Positions 9,014 to 16,684 of a DNA stretch of 20,000 nt are shown here, in pieces; position 1 is the stretch's first letter, and each line of letters opens with the position of its first letter. The notes under the pieces are model-generated. The model made no database searches and was not told where the DNA came from. It saw only the letters and a program-made list of their open reading frames with translations. Source of the stretch: an uncultured virus (IMG/VR IMGVR_UViG_3300049215_000844) (taxonomy: Duplodnaviria; Heunggongvirae; Uroviricota; Caudoviricetes). The position numbers and the translations under genes are program-made. The stretch lies in IMG/VR virus record IMGVR_UViG_3300049215_000844; one strand, 5' to 3'.

Positions 9014-10165
9014 ATGCCTTTCGCGCGGCCTTCCCTCGGCGATCTCTGGACCCGCATCGGCGCGCAGTGGCGCGCCAACTATCCCGGCGCCGATATCTCG
9101 TCGAAGAAGTCGCCCGACCGCGCCGTCATTGCCACGATCGCGCGCTCGACCGACGAGGACCTCACCTTCGTCGAGTGGCTGGCCAAACAGCTCTTTCCCT
9201 TCTCGGCCGCGACCGAGTATCTCGAGCGCTGGGCGGGCTTCAAAGGCCTCAAGCGCGGCCAGGCCCCGCAGGCGGCCGGGCAGATCTCGTTCGCCGGCGG
9301 CACGCCGGGCTACACCGCGGCGGCGGGCACCGTAATGCAGGACCCGAACGGCGTTCGGGTGTCCTTCGCGGCGGATTGCACGATCGCCGAGGACGGCACG
9401 GCCACGGCCAGCGCCGTGGCGGTGAACGGCGGCGCCGACGGCAATATCGGGCCGGGCGTCGTCATGACCTTCGTCGGCACGCCGGCGGGCTTCCCCGACA
9501 CCGGCCTGGTGGTCGACAACGCGGGCGTGGGCTTCTCGGGCGGTGACGGGGCGGAAAGCGACGCGCAATTGATGCTGCGCACGCAGCGCCGCTTCGCGCA
9601 GCCCAGCTTCGGCGGCAACCAGCACGACTGGGAGAACGCCGCGCTCGCCGTGCCCGGCGTCACCCGCGTCTACAGCCTGGCCGCGACCCCGACTCCCGGC
9701 GCCGTGACGCTCTACCCGTTGTTCGACGCCTTGCGCGCCAACGGCATCCCGGTCGGCACCGACGCCTGGTTCCGGCCTGGCACGGCGCCGAGCTCGGGCA
9801 GCGGCGGGGACGGCGACCAGCTCACGGTGCTGAACACGCTGATCGGCGCGGGCAGCCTCACGCCGCGGCCGGTATGCGCCTCGCTCTTCGTCAAGGCCTT
9901 CACGCCGGTCGCCCTCAATTTCACGATTCACGGCCTGGCGGTCGCCAATGACGCGGTCAAGGCCGCGATCGCGACCGAGATCGCCAAGATGCTGGTGGCC
10001 AAGCCGCCCGAGACGGCGGCGCAAGGCTACACGATCTACCAGGAATGGGTCGCCGCGGCGGTGGCGCAGGCCGCGGGCGTCAAGAACTTCGACCTGCCGG
10101 GCCTCGGCGATACGGCGGTGGCCGGCGGCACGCTCCTGGTGCCGGGCGTCATCACGTACACATAG
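9014..10165 (+). CDS. Baseplate wedge protein J / Mu gp47-like
   Basis: 'MPFARPSL', 'WLAKQLFP..A..EYLERWA', 'GADGN', 'GGDGAESD', 'GGNQHDWENAALAVPGVTR'. Confidence 0.93.
   Translation: MPFARPSLGDLWTRIGAQWRANYPGADISSKKSPDRAVIATIARSTDEDLTFVEWLAKQLFPFSAATEYLERWAGFKGLKRGQAPQAAGQISFAGGTPGYTAAAGTVMQDPNGVRVSFAADCTIAEDGTATASAVAVNGGADGNIGPGVVMTFVGTPAGFPDTGLVVDNAGVGFSGGDGAESDAQLMLRTQRRFAQPSFGGNQHDWENAALAVPGVTRVYSLAATPTPGAVTLYPLFDALRANGIPVGTDAWFRPGTAPSSGSGGDGDQLTVLNTLIGAGSLTPRPVCASLFVKAFTPVALNFTIHGLAVANDAVKAAIATEIAKMLVAKPPETAAQGYTIYQEWVAAAVAQAAGVKNFDLPGLGDTAVAGGTLLVPGVITYT
9341..9360. repeat. Dispersed palindromic motif, copy 3 (inverted, inside the baseplate J CDS): GACCCGAAC-GGC-GTTCGGGT
   Basis: Perfect 8-bp arms (9342-9349 / 9353-9360). 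Encodes D-P-N-G-V-R using a GTT codon. Confidence 0.8.
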
Positions 10166-10184
10166 CAACCGCGCGGGAAGTGCG

Positions 10185-10781
10185 ATGGCGCCTGCTCCTG
10201 ACCCGAGTTTTGACCAATGGTGGCAGGCGACGGCCGACCTTCTGCCGCGTGGCCTTCTGTGGGCGCGCCGGCAGACCTCGAACCTCGGCAAGCTCGTCGG
10301 CGCGATCGCGCAGGAGCGGATGCTGCGCCATCAGCGCAAGCTCATCCTGCTCAGCACCGAGTCGGTGCCGACCAGCGCCGTCGAGCTCCTGCCGGAATGG
10401 GAGCAGGCGGCGGGCCGGCCGGATCCCTGTCTGGCGGCGCCGGTCGGCCTCGAGCAGCGCTGGGCGGCGCTGGCCGACGTCTATTTCGCCGATCATCCGC
10501 CGACGCCAGACAACATGGTGGCGTGGGCGCTTTCGGCCGGCTGGAACATCACCATCCGCGAGCAGCTCAGTTTCGTCGCCGGCGTGTCGATCGCGGGCGA
10601 CCCGGCCGGCGAAGACGACAACGTCTGGGTCGTCACGGTCGGCGGCCAGGTTCGGCACTTCTTCAAGGCCGGCGAGAATGTCGGCGGCGATCCCCTCTGG
10701 GATTTCCCCGACCTCTCGACGCTCGAGTGCATCCTGCGTCGCGCCAATCCCGGGCATTTGCTCGTCTTCTTCACGATCTAG
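10185..10781 (+). CDS. Baseplate protein Mu gp48 / YmfQ (DUF2313)-like
   Basis: Start at ATG 10185 (198 aa). 'LLPRGLLW', 'ELLPEWE..G.PDPC', 'LECILRRANPGH'. Confidence 0.9.
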   Translation: MAPAPDPSFDQWWQATADLLPRGLLWARRQTSNLGKLVGAIAQERMLRHQRKLILLSTESVPTSAVELLPEWEQAAGRPDPCLAAPVGLEQRWAALADVYFADHPPTPDNMVAWALSAGWNITIREQLSFVAGVSIAGDPAGEDDNVWVVTVGGQVRHFFKAGENVGGDPLWDFPDLSTLECILRRANPGHLLVFFTI

Positions 10782-10790
10782 GAGTGCGCC

Positions 10791-11870
10791 GTGCATCGCA
10801 TCGACTCTCAGAATAACGTCAATGCACTGCCTGCACCGCTCGCCGGCGTCAGCGCGCCCGGCTACTTCAACAATGTGGTCGGCGCCGGTGCGGGCACCGT
10901 CGTCGATCCCGACTGGTTGAACAGCACCCAGGAAGAGCTGGTCGCGATCGTCCTCGCCGCCGGCCTGGCACCCGACAAGGCGAACAACGCCCAGGTCCTC
11001 GCCGCGCTGCGGGCGCTGTTCTCTCCCGGCCATGGCCAATGCCGGCTGGTCTATGTGAGCGGCGTCCAGCTCTCGTTGATGCCGTTCAACGGGAACGCCC
11101 TGCGGGTGAACGGCAAGATCTACGGCATCCCCGCCGGCGGCATCGCGATCGCCAACGCCGGAGTTGAAGTCGCCGGCGTCGCCGGCCAGAACCTGGCCGC
11201 GTCAACGGACTACCTGCTTTATGTGAAGGACGACGGCGCCGGCAACCTGGTGCCGTCCTTCTGGCCGGTCGCGGGCGGCCACATGACGGACACCACCGTC
11301 GGCAATGCCGGCGTCGAGGTGCGCAACAATGGCGGCGTCGCGGATTCGACGCGCACCCTTGTGGGTCTGGTCGGCACCGCCGGCGGCAGCGCCTTTTCGG
11401 ACACTGACAGCGCGCGCCTGTTGCTGTCGTGGTTCAACCCGCGGCCCGCGCGCTCGCGCAGCTTCTTCACACCGGGCTCAGTGTCGACGGCGAGCGCCAC
11501 GGCGGTCGAGCTGTCGGCGACCATCCGAAACTACTTCCTCGCCTGGTCGAATACGGAGGTTGCTTTCCAGGTCAACGGGTCGGTCAGCTCGAGCGCGGTC
11601 GGCGGAAGCCCGCAGACCGCGGTCGGCTTCGATGGCAATGCCCCCGAGATCGAAAGCGGGTCGTTCAACGAGCCGAGCGGCGGCGGCATGACCGGCAACC
11701 TTGCCTTCGCCGGCCGCAAGACCGGTCTCACCGAGGGCCGCCACTACGCCACGCTGTTCGGTTCCAATTCCGGCGGCGCCGGCGGCACGGGGCAATGGCA
11801 GGGCGGCAACGCGGCGATCGGCGCCACCAACAATGCGCCCTGCGAGATCACCCTCACGATCGGAGGATAG
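10791..11870 (+). CDS. Tail fibre protein with a Mu/SfV-type baseplate anchor
   Basis: GTG start after AGGAG. N-terminus 'MHRID...PGYF......TVVDPDWLNSTQEELVAIV.AAGL.PDK....Q.LAAL' is the typical anchor; the C-terminus is Gly/Ser-rich and beta-like. Confidence 0.85.
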   Translation: MHRIDSQNNVNALPAPLAGVSAPGYFNNVVGAGAGTVVDPDWLNSTQEELVAIVLAAGLAPDKANNAQVLAALRALFSPGHGQCRLVYVSGVQLSLMPFNGNALRVNGKIYGIPAGGIAIANAGVEVAGVAGQNLAASTDYLLYVKDDGAGNLVPSFWPVAGGHMTDTTVGNAGVEVRNNGGVADSTRTLVGLVGTAGGSAFSDTDSARLLLSWFNPRPARSRSFFTPGSVSTASATAVELSATIRNYFLAWSNTEVAFQVNGSVSSSAVGGSPQTAVGFDGNAPEIESGSFNEPSGGGMTGNLAFAGRKTGLTEGRHYATLFGSNSGGAGGTGQWQGGNAAIGATNNAPCEITLTIGG

Positions 11871-11873
11871 GGT

Positions 11874-12368
11874 ATGGCACAGAAGGCAATCGGTCCGAAC
11901 TTCGCCAACGAGGTCGAGGCCGCCGGCCTGAGCGGCCTGCCGTTCACCTGGTCGGTCGATGGCGAGATCCTGTACGGCGCGGCCATCACGGCGCCGCAGC
12001 GTGCCCAGATCGACGCGCTCTATGCCGCGCACGACCCGGCACGCCCCGACCCGCGCGCCGAAGCGGCGAAACTTCTCGCAGGAGGCCTTGCGATCACGTC
12101 GGTCGGCACGCCGGTATTGAACGGAACCTACGGCACCGGGATGCAGGACGAGATCAACATCACCGGCCTGCAGGCCGCCGTGCAGGCCAACGTCTTTCCG
12201 GGCTGGTACCGGGACGTAACGGGCGTGCGCAAGGTCATGACCGGTGCGCAGTTCACGGCGATCGCAACGGCGGCCTTGAACTTCATCGCCGCCGTCGAGG
12301 ACGCCATGCATGTCGCCCTCGAGGGTGGTGCCTGGGTCGCGCCGCCCGCTCAAGCCAACCTGCCGTGA
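11874..12368 (+). CDS. Putative tail fibre assembly chaperone (DUF4376-like C-terminal part)
   Basis: 164 aa directly after the fibre. 'AAHDP' followed by 'W.D..G....MT.AQF.AIA.A...F'. Confidence 0.55.
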   Translation: MAQKAIGPNFANEVEAAGLSGLPFTWSVDGEILYGAAITAPQRAQIDALYAAHDPARPDPRAEAAKLLAGGLAITSVGTPVLNGTYGTGMQDEINITGLQAAVQANVFPGWYRDVTGVRKVMTGAQFTAIATAALNFIAAVEDAMHVALEGGAWVAPPAQANLP

Positions 12369-12378
12369 GGCACAGCGC

Positions 12379-15300
12379 ATGCTGAAGCTCCTTCGCTCCC
12401 TCGCCACGCTCTTCCTGGTCGTGGCGCTGCCGGCCTTGGCCGATCCTCTCGGCAAGCCGACCGCGCTCACCGCGCAGATGATTTGCGATGCGCTGGGTTA
12501 TTGCCCGGGCCAAGGCACATGGTACTCGCTCGGCCGCGCGCCGCTCTCGAGCGAAGGCAGGCCGGGCGATCTCTGGCTGCGCACCGATACGGGCGACATC
12601 TACAAGCGCGGAACATCCACCTGGTCCGTCATCGTCAACGTCACCGGCGCGTCGCTGTTGAACGGCAGCGGCGCGCCCTCCGGTGGCACCGGCAAGGACG
12701 GCGATTTCTACGTCGATACCACGGCCCATCTTCTCTACGGGCCGCGCGCCGCGGGAACGTGGCCGGGCAGCTCGCTGCTGTTCGGTCAGCCGAGCGGAAC
12801 ATCGGTCGTCAATCCCGGCACCGGCGTGCTGGAGGCAGTGCTCCCGGTCCAGACCGTCAGCGGCGCGTCGAAGGTCTTCACGGCCGCCGACTTCTACAAG
12901 AAGACCCGCCGCACGAATGGCGGCTCGGGCATGGCCGACACGTTGCCCGACTCCACTGCAACGGGTCTGGTCAACGGCACGCGCCTCAACATCGCGAATG
13001 TCGACACGACCGGCAATCTCACGCTCGCGCCCGGCGCCGGGACGTCGCTTTGCTCGAGCTGCGGCACGATCGTGCCGGGCCGCGTCCTCCTGCTGGTCTG
13101 GGACCAACCCAATGCCACCTGGCGCGCGGATGCCAACTCGTCGTCGGCGTGGAGCGCCGCACTCGACAGCCTCGCGGCGACCACGAACGTCGCCTACAGC
13201 TTCCTCGTACAGACGACGCTTGGCGCCTACGAATGGGTTGCGGGCGTCACCGTCCAGACCAACATCGCGGCGCTCCGCGCCAACACCACACCGTGGCCGA
13301 CGATCCATGTGCAGGGCTTCTATGCCCTGGCCGATGGCGGCGGCGGCGACTTCGAGTACGACCCGTCCGACACGACCTCGAGCGACGACGGATGCACGAT
13401 CTACGTCGACGCATCGAGCCATCGCTACAAGCGCACCGACGCCAAGGCGATCGACATCCGCCAGTGCGGCGCCAAGGACGACTTCACGGCCATTCTGTCC
13501 AGCACCGTCACGATCTCGAACGGCTCGCACGCCCTCGCGGTTTCCGGCGCTTCCTTCGCCTCGAGCGACGTCGGCAAGTCCATTGCAGTGCAGGGTGCAG
13601 GCGCCGCCGGCGGCTTCCTGGCGACGACGATTTCGGCCTATACGAGCCCGACGCAAGTCACCCTGACCGCGGCGGCCTCGACCGGAGTCTCGGGCACGTC
13701 GAACGTCTGGTACGGCACGAACAATGCGACCGCGCTCAACAAAGCCACGGCTGCGGCCGGCAGCCGGTGCGTCCTTGTTCCGGCGGCCGCCCATGGCTAC
13801 CTGACCGACGATGCGGTCAGCCTGCCGAACAACGGCTGCCTCTCCGGATTCAGTCGCATTGCGTCGACGATCTGGGTCATGCCGACGTTCAACCTGTCGG
13901 CGCTCGGCGTGCTGGTCATGCCGACGGTGCAGCCGGGTCCTGCGATCAGGAATATCGGCCTCCAGGCGGTCCAGCCCGACACCTCGACCTTCGCCAACCT
14001 GATCGCCTATCCGCCGGCCGTTCTCGGCCATGGCGCGTCGATGGCGACGATCGACGGCTTCCGCTGCCTGGCGTTCCTGACCTGCATCGACTGGCGCGGC
14101 AACATGGGCCGCACCTGGCTCAATCTGCTCGAGCTCACGCCGATGCAATACGGCGTACTGGTCGACAATTCGCTCGACCTCGTGAAGATCGAGAACGTCA
14201 ACATTCTCGACTTCGGCGTCACCACCAATCAGGCGTCGATCTTCTACAACGATGCCATCGGCCTGGACTTCGGTCGCGCGGACTCGTGCTTCATCAGCAA
14301 CGTGCAGTCGCTCGCGAATATCGCGATGGCCTTCCACTACTCATCGAATTGGGATGGCACCGCCGCCTACTGCAACATCGCCAACGTCAATATCGACCAG
14401 GGCCTGGGCGTCCAGTTATCCGCAGGCAACCAGACCATCGCCAATCTCAAGGCCGGTGTTGGAAACCATCCCAATACGGACGGCGTCATCGCCCTGGCAC
14501 AGGGCGGCGCAGTGCTCAATGCCGTTCACGTCGGCAATGGCGGGGTCAGCGCCAATCCCATCATCAGGATGGGAGTTGTCCAGACGTGCTCGGCCTGCAA
14601 GATCGACAATGGCGCCGGCGGCACCGGGGACACTCTGACGGTCGGCGGCACGACGAGCGGATACTTCACCGCCTTCATGCAGGTGTTCGGCACCGGTGTC
14701 ACCGCCAACACGAAAATCCTGCGGCAACTGACGGGCCCTTCCGGTTGCACGCTCTACTCGACGACGTACTGCCCGCCGGGTGGTGCCGGCACGTACCAGG
14801 TGAGCATCGGCCAGAACGTCGGCACGGAGGCGATGACCGCGAGGTCCGATGGCACTGCCAATCTGGTGGTAAGCGGACTCTTCGACGACAACCACAACAG
14901 CAAAGACAACACGCTGATTTCAATCGACGGCAGCGTGACGTTCGCAACCTTCTCGCTCGGCGATATCGTCGTCTCGCAGCCCAGCGGCACCTACAACAAC
15001 GATGTGGTCTATATCGGCACGGCTTCCGGCAGCCTGCGCGGCGTTAGCTTTACGCCGGGCGGCAGCATCGGCACCGGCAAAGCCATCCATGTCGGGTCGT
15101 CGAGCTCACTGGTCTCGTTCTCCAACATCTTGCTCAACGGCTGGAGCACCAACATCCCGAGCGGGTCCGGGATCCAGCTCTGGAATGGGCCGGGCGGGCA
15201 GATGGTCCAGAGCGGCGTCGGCGCCACCAGCGCCAGCATCACGGCGAACGTGACCTTCCCCGTGCCGTTTCCGAACAATGTGACGTCGGTCACGGCAAAC

Positions 15301-15435
15301 GCGCAAAACTCCGGTGGCGTCAATATCTGCCCCGCGAACACCTACAACGTCACGACGTCGGGCTTCACGGTATCGATCGGTAGCCCCTGCGGCGCCGGCA
15401 CGAACGCCTTCACCTGGCACGCCGACGGATATTGA
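12379..15435 (+). CDS. Tailspike/depolymerase-like multidomain beta-helix protein with an N-terminal Sec signal peptide (1018 aa)
   Basis: ATG 12379 follows GAGG. Begins MLKLLRSLATLFLVVALPALA|DP. Has fibre repeats 'GDLWLRTDTGDIY' and 'GDFYVDTTAHLLYGP', the tailspike N-domain 'IAALRA...VQGFYALADGGGGDFEYD...DDG', the pectin-lyase-like start 'IDIRQCGAKDD..TNNATALNKA', an Asn/Ile-rich beta-helix, and a C-terminal gp53-like 'VTFPVPFPN...SGFTV...FTWHADGY'. Confidence 0.8.
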   Translation: MLKLLRSLATLFLVVALPALADPLGKPTALTAQMICDALGYCPGQGTWYSLGRAPLSSEGRPGDLWLRTDTGDIYKRGTSTWSVIVNVTGASLLNGSGAPSGGTGKDGDFYVDTTAHLLYGPRAAGTWPGSSLLFGQPSGTSVVNPGTGVLEAVLPVQTVSGASKVFTAADFYKKTRRTNGGSGMADTLPDSTATGLVNGTRLNIANVDTTGNLTLAPGAGTSLCSSCGTIVPGRVLLLVWDQPNATWRADANSSSAWSAALDSLAATTNVAYSFLVQTTLGAYEWVAGVTVQTNIAALRANTTPWPTIHVQGFYALADGGGGDFEYDPSDTTSSDDGCTIYVDASSHRYKRTDAKAIDIRQCGAKDDFTAILSSTVTISNGSHALAVSGASFASSDVGKSIAVQGAGAAGGFLATTISAYTSPTQVTLTAAASTGVSGTSNVWYGTNNATALNKATAAAGSRCVLVPAAAHGYLTDDAVSLPNNGCLSGFSRIASTIWVMPTFNLSALGVLVMPTVQPGPAIRNIGLQAVQPDTSTFANLIAYPPAVLGHGASMATIDGFRCLAFLTCIDWRGNMGRTWLNLLELTPMQYGVLVDNSLDLVKIENVNILDFGVTTNQASIFYNDAIGLDFGRADSCFISNVQSLANIAMAFHYSSNWDGTAAYCNIANVNIDQGLGVQLSAGNQTIANLKAGVGNHPNTDGVIALAQGGAVLNAVHVGNGGVSANPIIRMGVVQTCSACKIDNGAGGTGDTLTVGGTTSGYFTAFMQVFGTGVTANTKILRQLTGPSGCTLYSTTYCPPGGAGTYQVSIGQNVGTEAMTARSDGTANLVVSGLFDDNHNSKDNTLISIDGSVTFATFSLGDIVVSQPSGTYNNDVVYIGTASGSLRGVSFTPGGSIGTGKAIHVGSSSSLVSFSNILLNGWSTNIPSGSGIQLWNGPGGQMVQSGVGATSASITANVTFPVPFPNNVTSVTANAQNSGGVNICPANTYNVTTSGFTVSIGSPCGAGTNAFTWHADGY
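12532..12762 (+). repeat. Two tandem ~32-aa fibre-type protein repeats (G.AP....G..GD....T.....Y......TW)
   Basis: GRAPLSSEGRPGDLWLRTDTGDIYKRGTSTW versus GSGAPSGGTGKDGDFYVDTTAHLLYGPRAAGTW. Confidence 0.75.
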
Positions 15436-15438
15436 GAC

Positions 15439-15762
15439 ATGGCCGGGGAAGTCAACGGAAACGGCGACAGCCGGATGCGCCAGCTCGCCCGAAGCGAGAT
15501 CGTGACCGCATGGGCGCGCCTCTCGATGCTCACCGGGCCGCCGATCATCGCCGCCCTCGTCGGCGCGGTCGCGTGGTTCCTGGCCGGCATGTCGGCCGAT
15601 ATCAAGGAAGCCGCCAAGGTGCTCGCCGAATACAAGACCGCGGCGACAGCGAAGGCCGACGTCGCGGCTTCCGAGCTGAAGGATCACAACAGGCGAATCG
15701 GCATCCTCGAGGGCAAGGTGTTCGGCTTCTCGCCGGTCGTTCCGACCAACTCCAACCCGTAA
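15439..15762 (+). CDS. Small single-TM plus coiled-coil membrane protein (holin/antiholin candidate)
   Basis: 107 aa. Hydrophobic stretch 'PPIIAALVGAVAWFLAGM' then a heptad-like region ending 'HNRRIGILEG'; directly upstream of the endolysin. Confidence 0.55.
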   Translation: MAGEVNGNGDSRMRQLARSEIVTAWARLSMLTGPPIIAALVGAVAWFLAGMSADIKEAAKVLAEYKTAATAKADVAASELKDHNRRIGILEGKVFGFSPVVPTNSNP

Positions 15763-15790
15763 CCGTCCTTCTCTCCTTCGAGGGTTAATC

Positions 15791-16600
15791 ATGTGGAACT
15801 TCGGACTGTTCGATCCGGTGAGCTTTCGCGCGCCCGCGCGCAAGGTGACTCGGGTGTTCCTGCACTGCACCGACAGCGACAACGAGGATCTCAAGGGCGT
15901 CGGCTTGGTCGAGGAAGTAAACCGCTGGCATCTCGCCAACGGCTGGGCGGGCGTCGGCTATCACTTTCTCGTCGACAAGACGGGGCAGGTGATGACCGGC
16001 CGGCCGCTCGAGCTGACGCCGGCGGCGCAGCTCGGCGAGGTGCCGCTCGTGCCGCCCGACCAGGTGCATCTCGGCAACGTCGCCACCATCGCGATAAGCA
16101 CGCATGGCAGCAAGGCGTGGACGACGGCCGGCATGGAGGCGACACGCCAGCTCTGCAATGCCATCGACGGCGTCTACCGCGCAGCCGGTGCGCGCGTCAC
16201 CTTCCATGGGCACTGCGAGATCGACCCGCGGCCGTGCCCGGTCTACCGCTATCGGGCGTTGCTCGGGCTCGACGCGGCGGGGCAGTTCGATGCCGTCGAG
16301 TTCACGCCGGCCGATATGGTCGCCTCGCTCTCCACCGTCGTCAGCGACGCGCCGCACGTCATGCCGAAGCTCGGCATCGTCGAAGCGGCAGAGGCCGCGG
16401 CGCCGATCGGGTCGCGAGACCTCTCCGAGGGTTGCCAGGGAGCCGATGTCGAGGCGTTGCAGCGCCGGATTGGCATCGTTCCCGTCGACGGCTGGTTTGG
16501 CGCCAAGACCGCCGGCGCCGTGATCGACTGGCAGGCCAGCCACGGCCTCGTGGCCGACGGCGTCGTCGGTCCGAAGACGCGCTCGCTTCTGGCGCTCTAG
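15791..16600 (+). CDS. Endolysin: T7-type N-acetylmuramoyl-L-alanine amidase (Amidase_2) with a C-terminal peptidoglycan-binding domain
   Basis: 'VFLHCTDS', 'WH..NGW.GVGYHF...G....GRP' and 'HGHCE....PCP' supply the His/His/Cys Zn ligands and Tyr. The C-terminus 'G.DVEALQ..I....DGWFGAKT...V..WQ...GLVADGVVGPKT' is PG_binding_1-like. Confidence 0.93.
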   Translation: MWNFGLFDPVSFRAPARKVTRVFLHCTDSDNEDLKGVGLVEEVNRWHLANGWAGVGYHFLVDKTGQVMTGRPLELTPAAQLGEVPLVPPDQVHLGNVATIAISTHGSKAWTTAGMEATRQLCNAIDGVYRAAGARVTFHGHCEIDPRPCPVYRYRALLGLDAAGQFDAVEFTPADMVASLSTVVSDAPHVMPKLGIVEAAEAAAPIGSRDLSEGCQGADVEALQRRIGIVPVDGWFGAKTAGAVIDWQASHGLVADGVVGPKTRSLLAL

Positions 16601-16615
16601 CACCTGACCTCGCCT

Positions 16616-16634
16616 CCGAACGCCGTTCGGGTCC
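16616..16634. repeat. Dispersed palindromic motif, copy 4: CCGAAC-GCC-GTTCGGGTCC
   Basis: Intergenic, 15 nt after the endolysin stop. Confidence 0.82.
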
Positions 16635-16684
16635 GGCCGGGCCCGGCGGCGCGACTACCCACCCAAGCAACTGATGGAGTCCAA

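Noticed and set aside
74..12368. Tailocin, eCIS or T6SS instead of a phage
   Set aside because: A head-closure-like gene precedes the tail and the gene set is Mu/SfV-like, with no eCIS ATPase or T6SS membrane genes. Capsid genes would be outside the window, so a defective element cannot be fully excluded.
10791..15435. Invertible fibre cassette (Gin/Cin) or diversity-generating retroelement
   Set aside because: No invertase, inverted fibre copy, reverse transcriptase or template/variable repeat pair is visible in this window.
1099..16603. Long antisense or alternate-frame ORFs (e.g. 1340..3019 -, 5590..7359 -, 12283..14337 -, 12483..15047 +)
   Set aside because: Arg/Pro/Gly-rich shadow ORFs expected opposite GC3-rich genes; no motifs, and they fully overlap well-supported phage genes.
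16636..16647. Palindrome GCCGGGCCCGGC after motif copy 4
   Set aside because: G/C-only and short, so likely by chance at this composition; no loop or U-tract.
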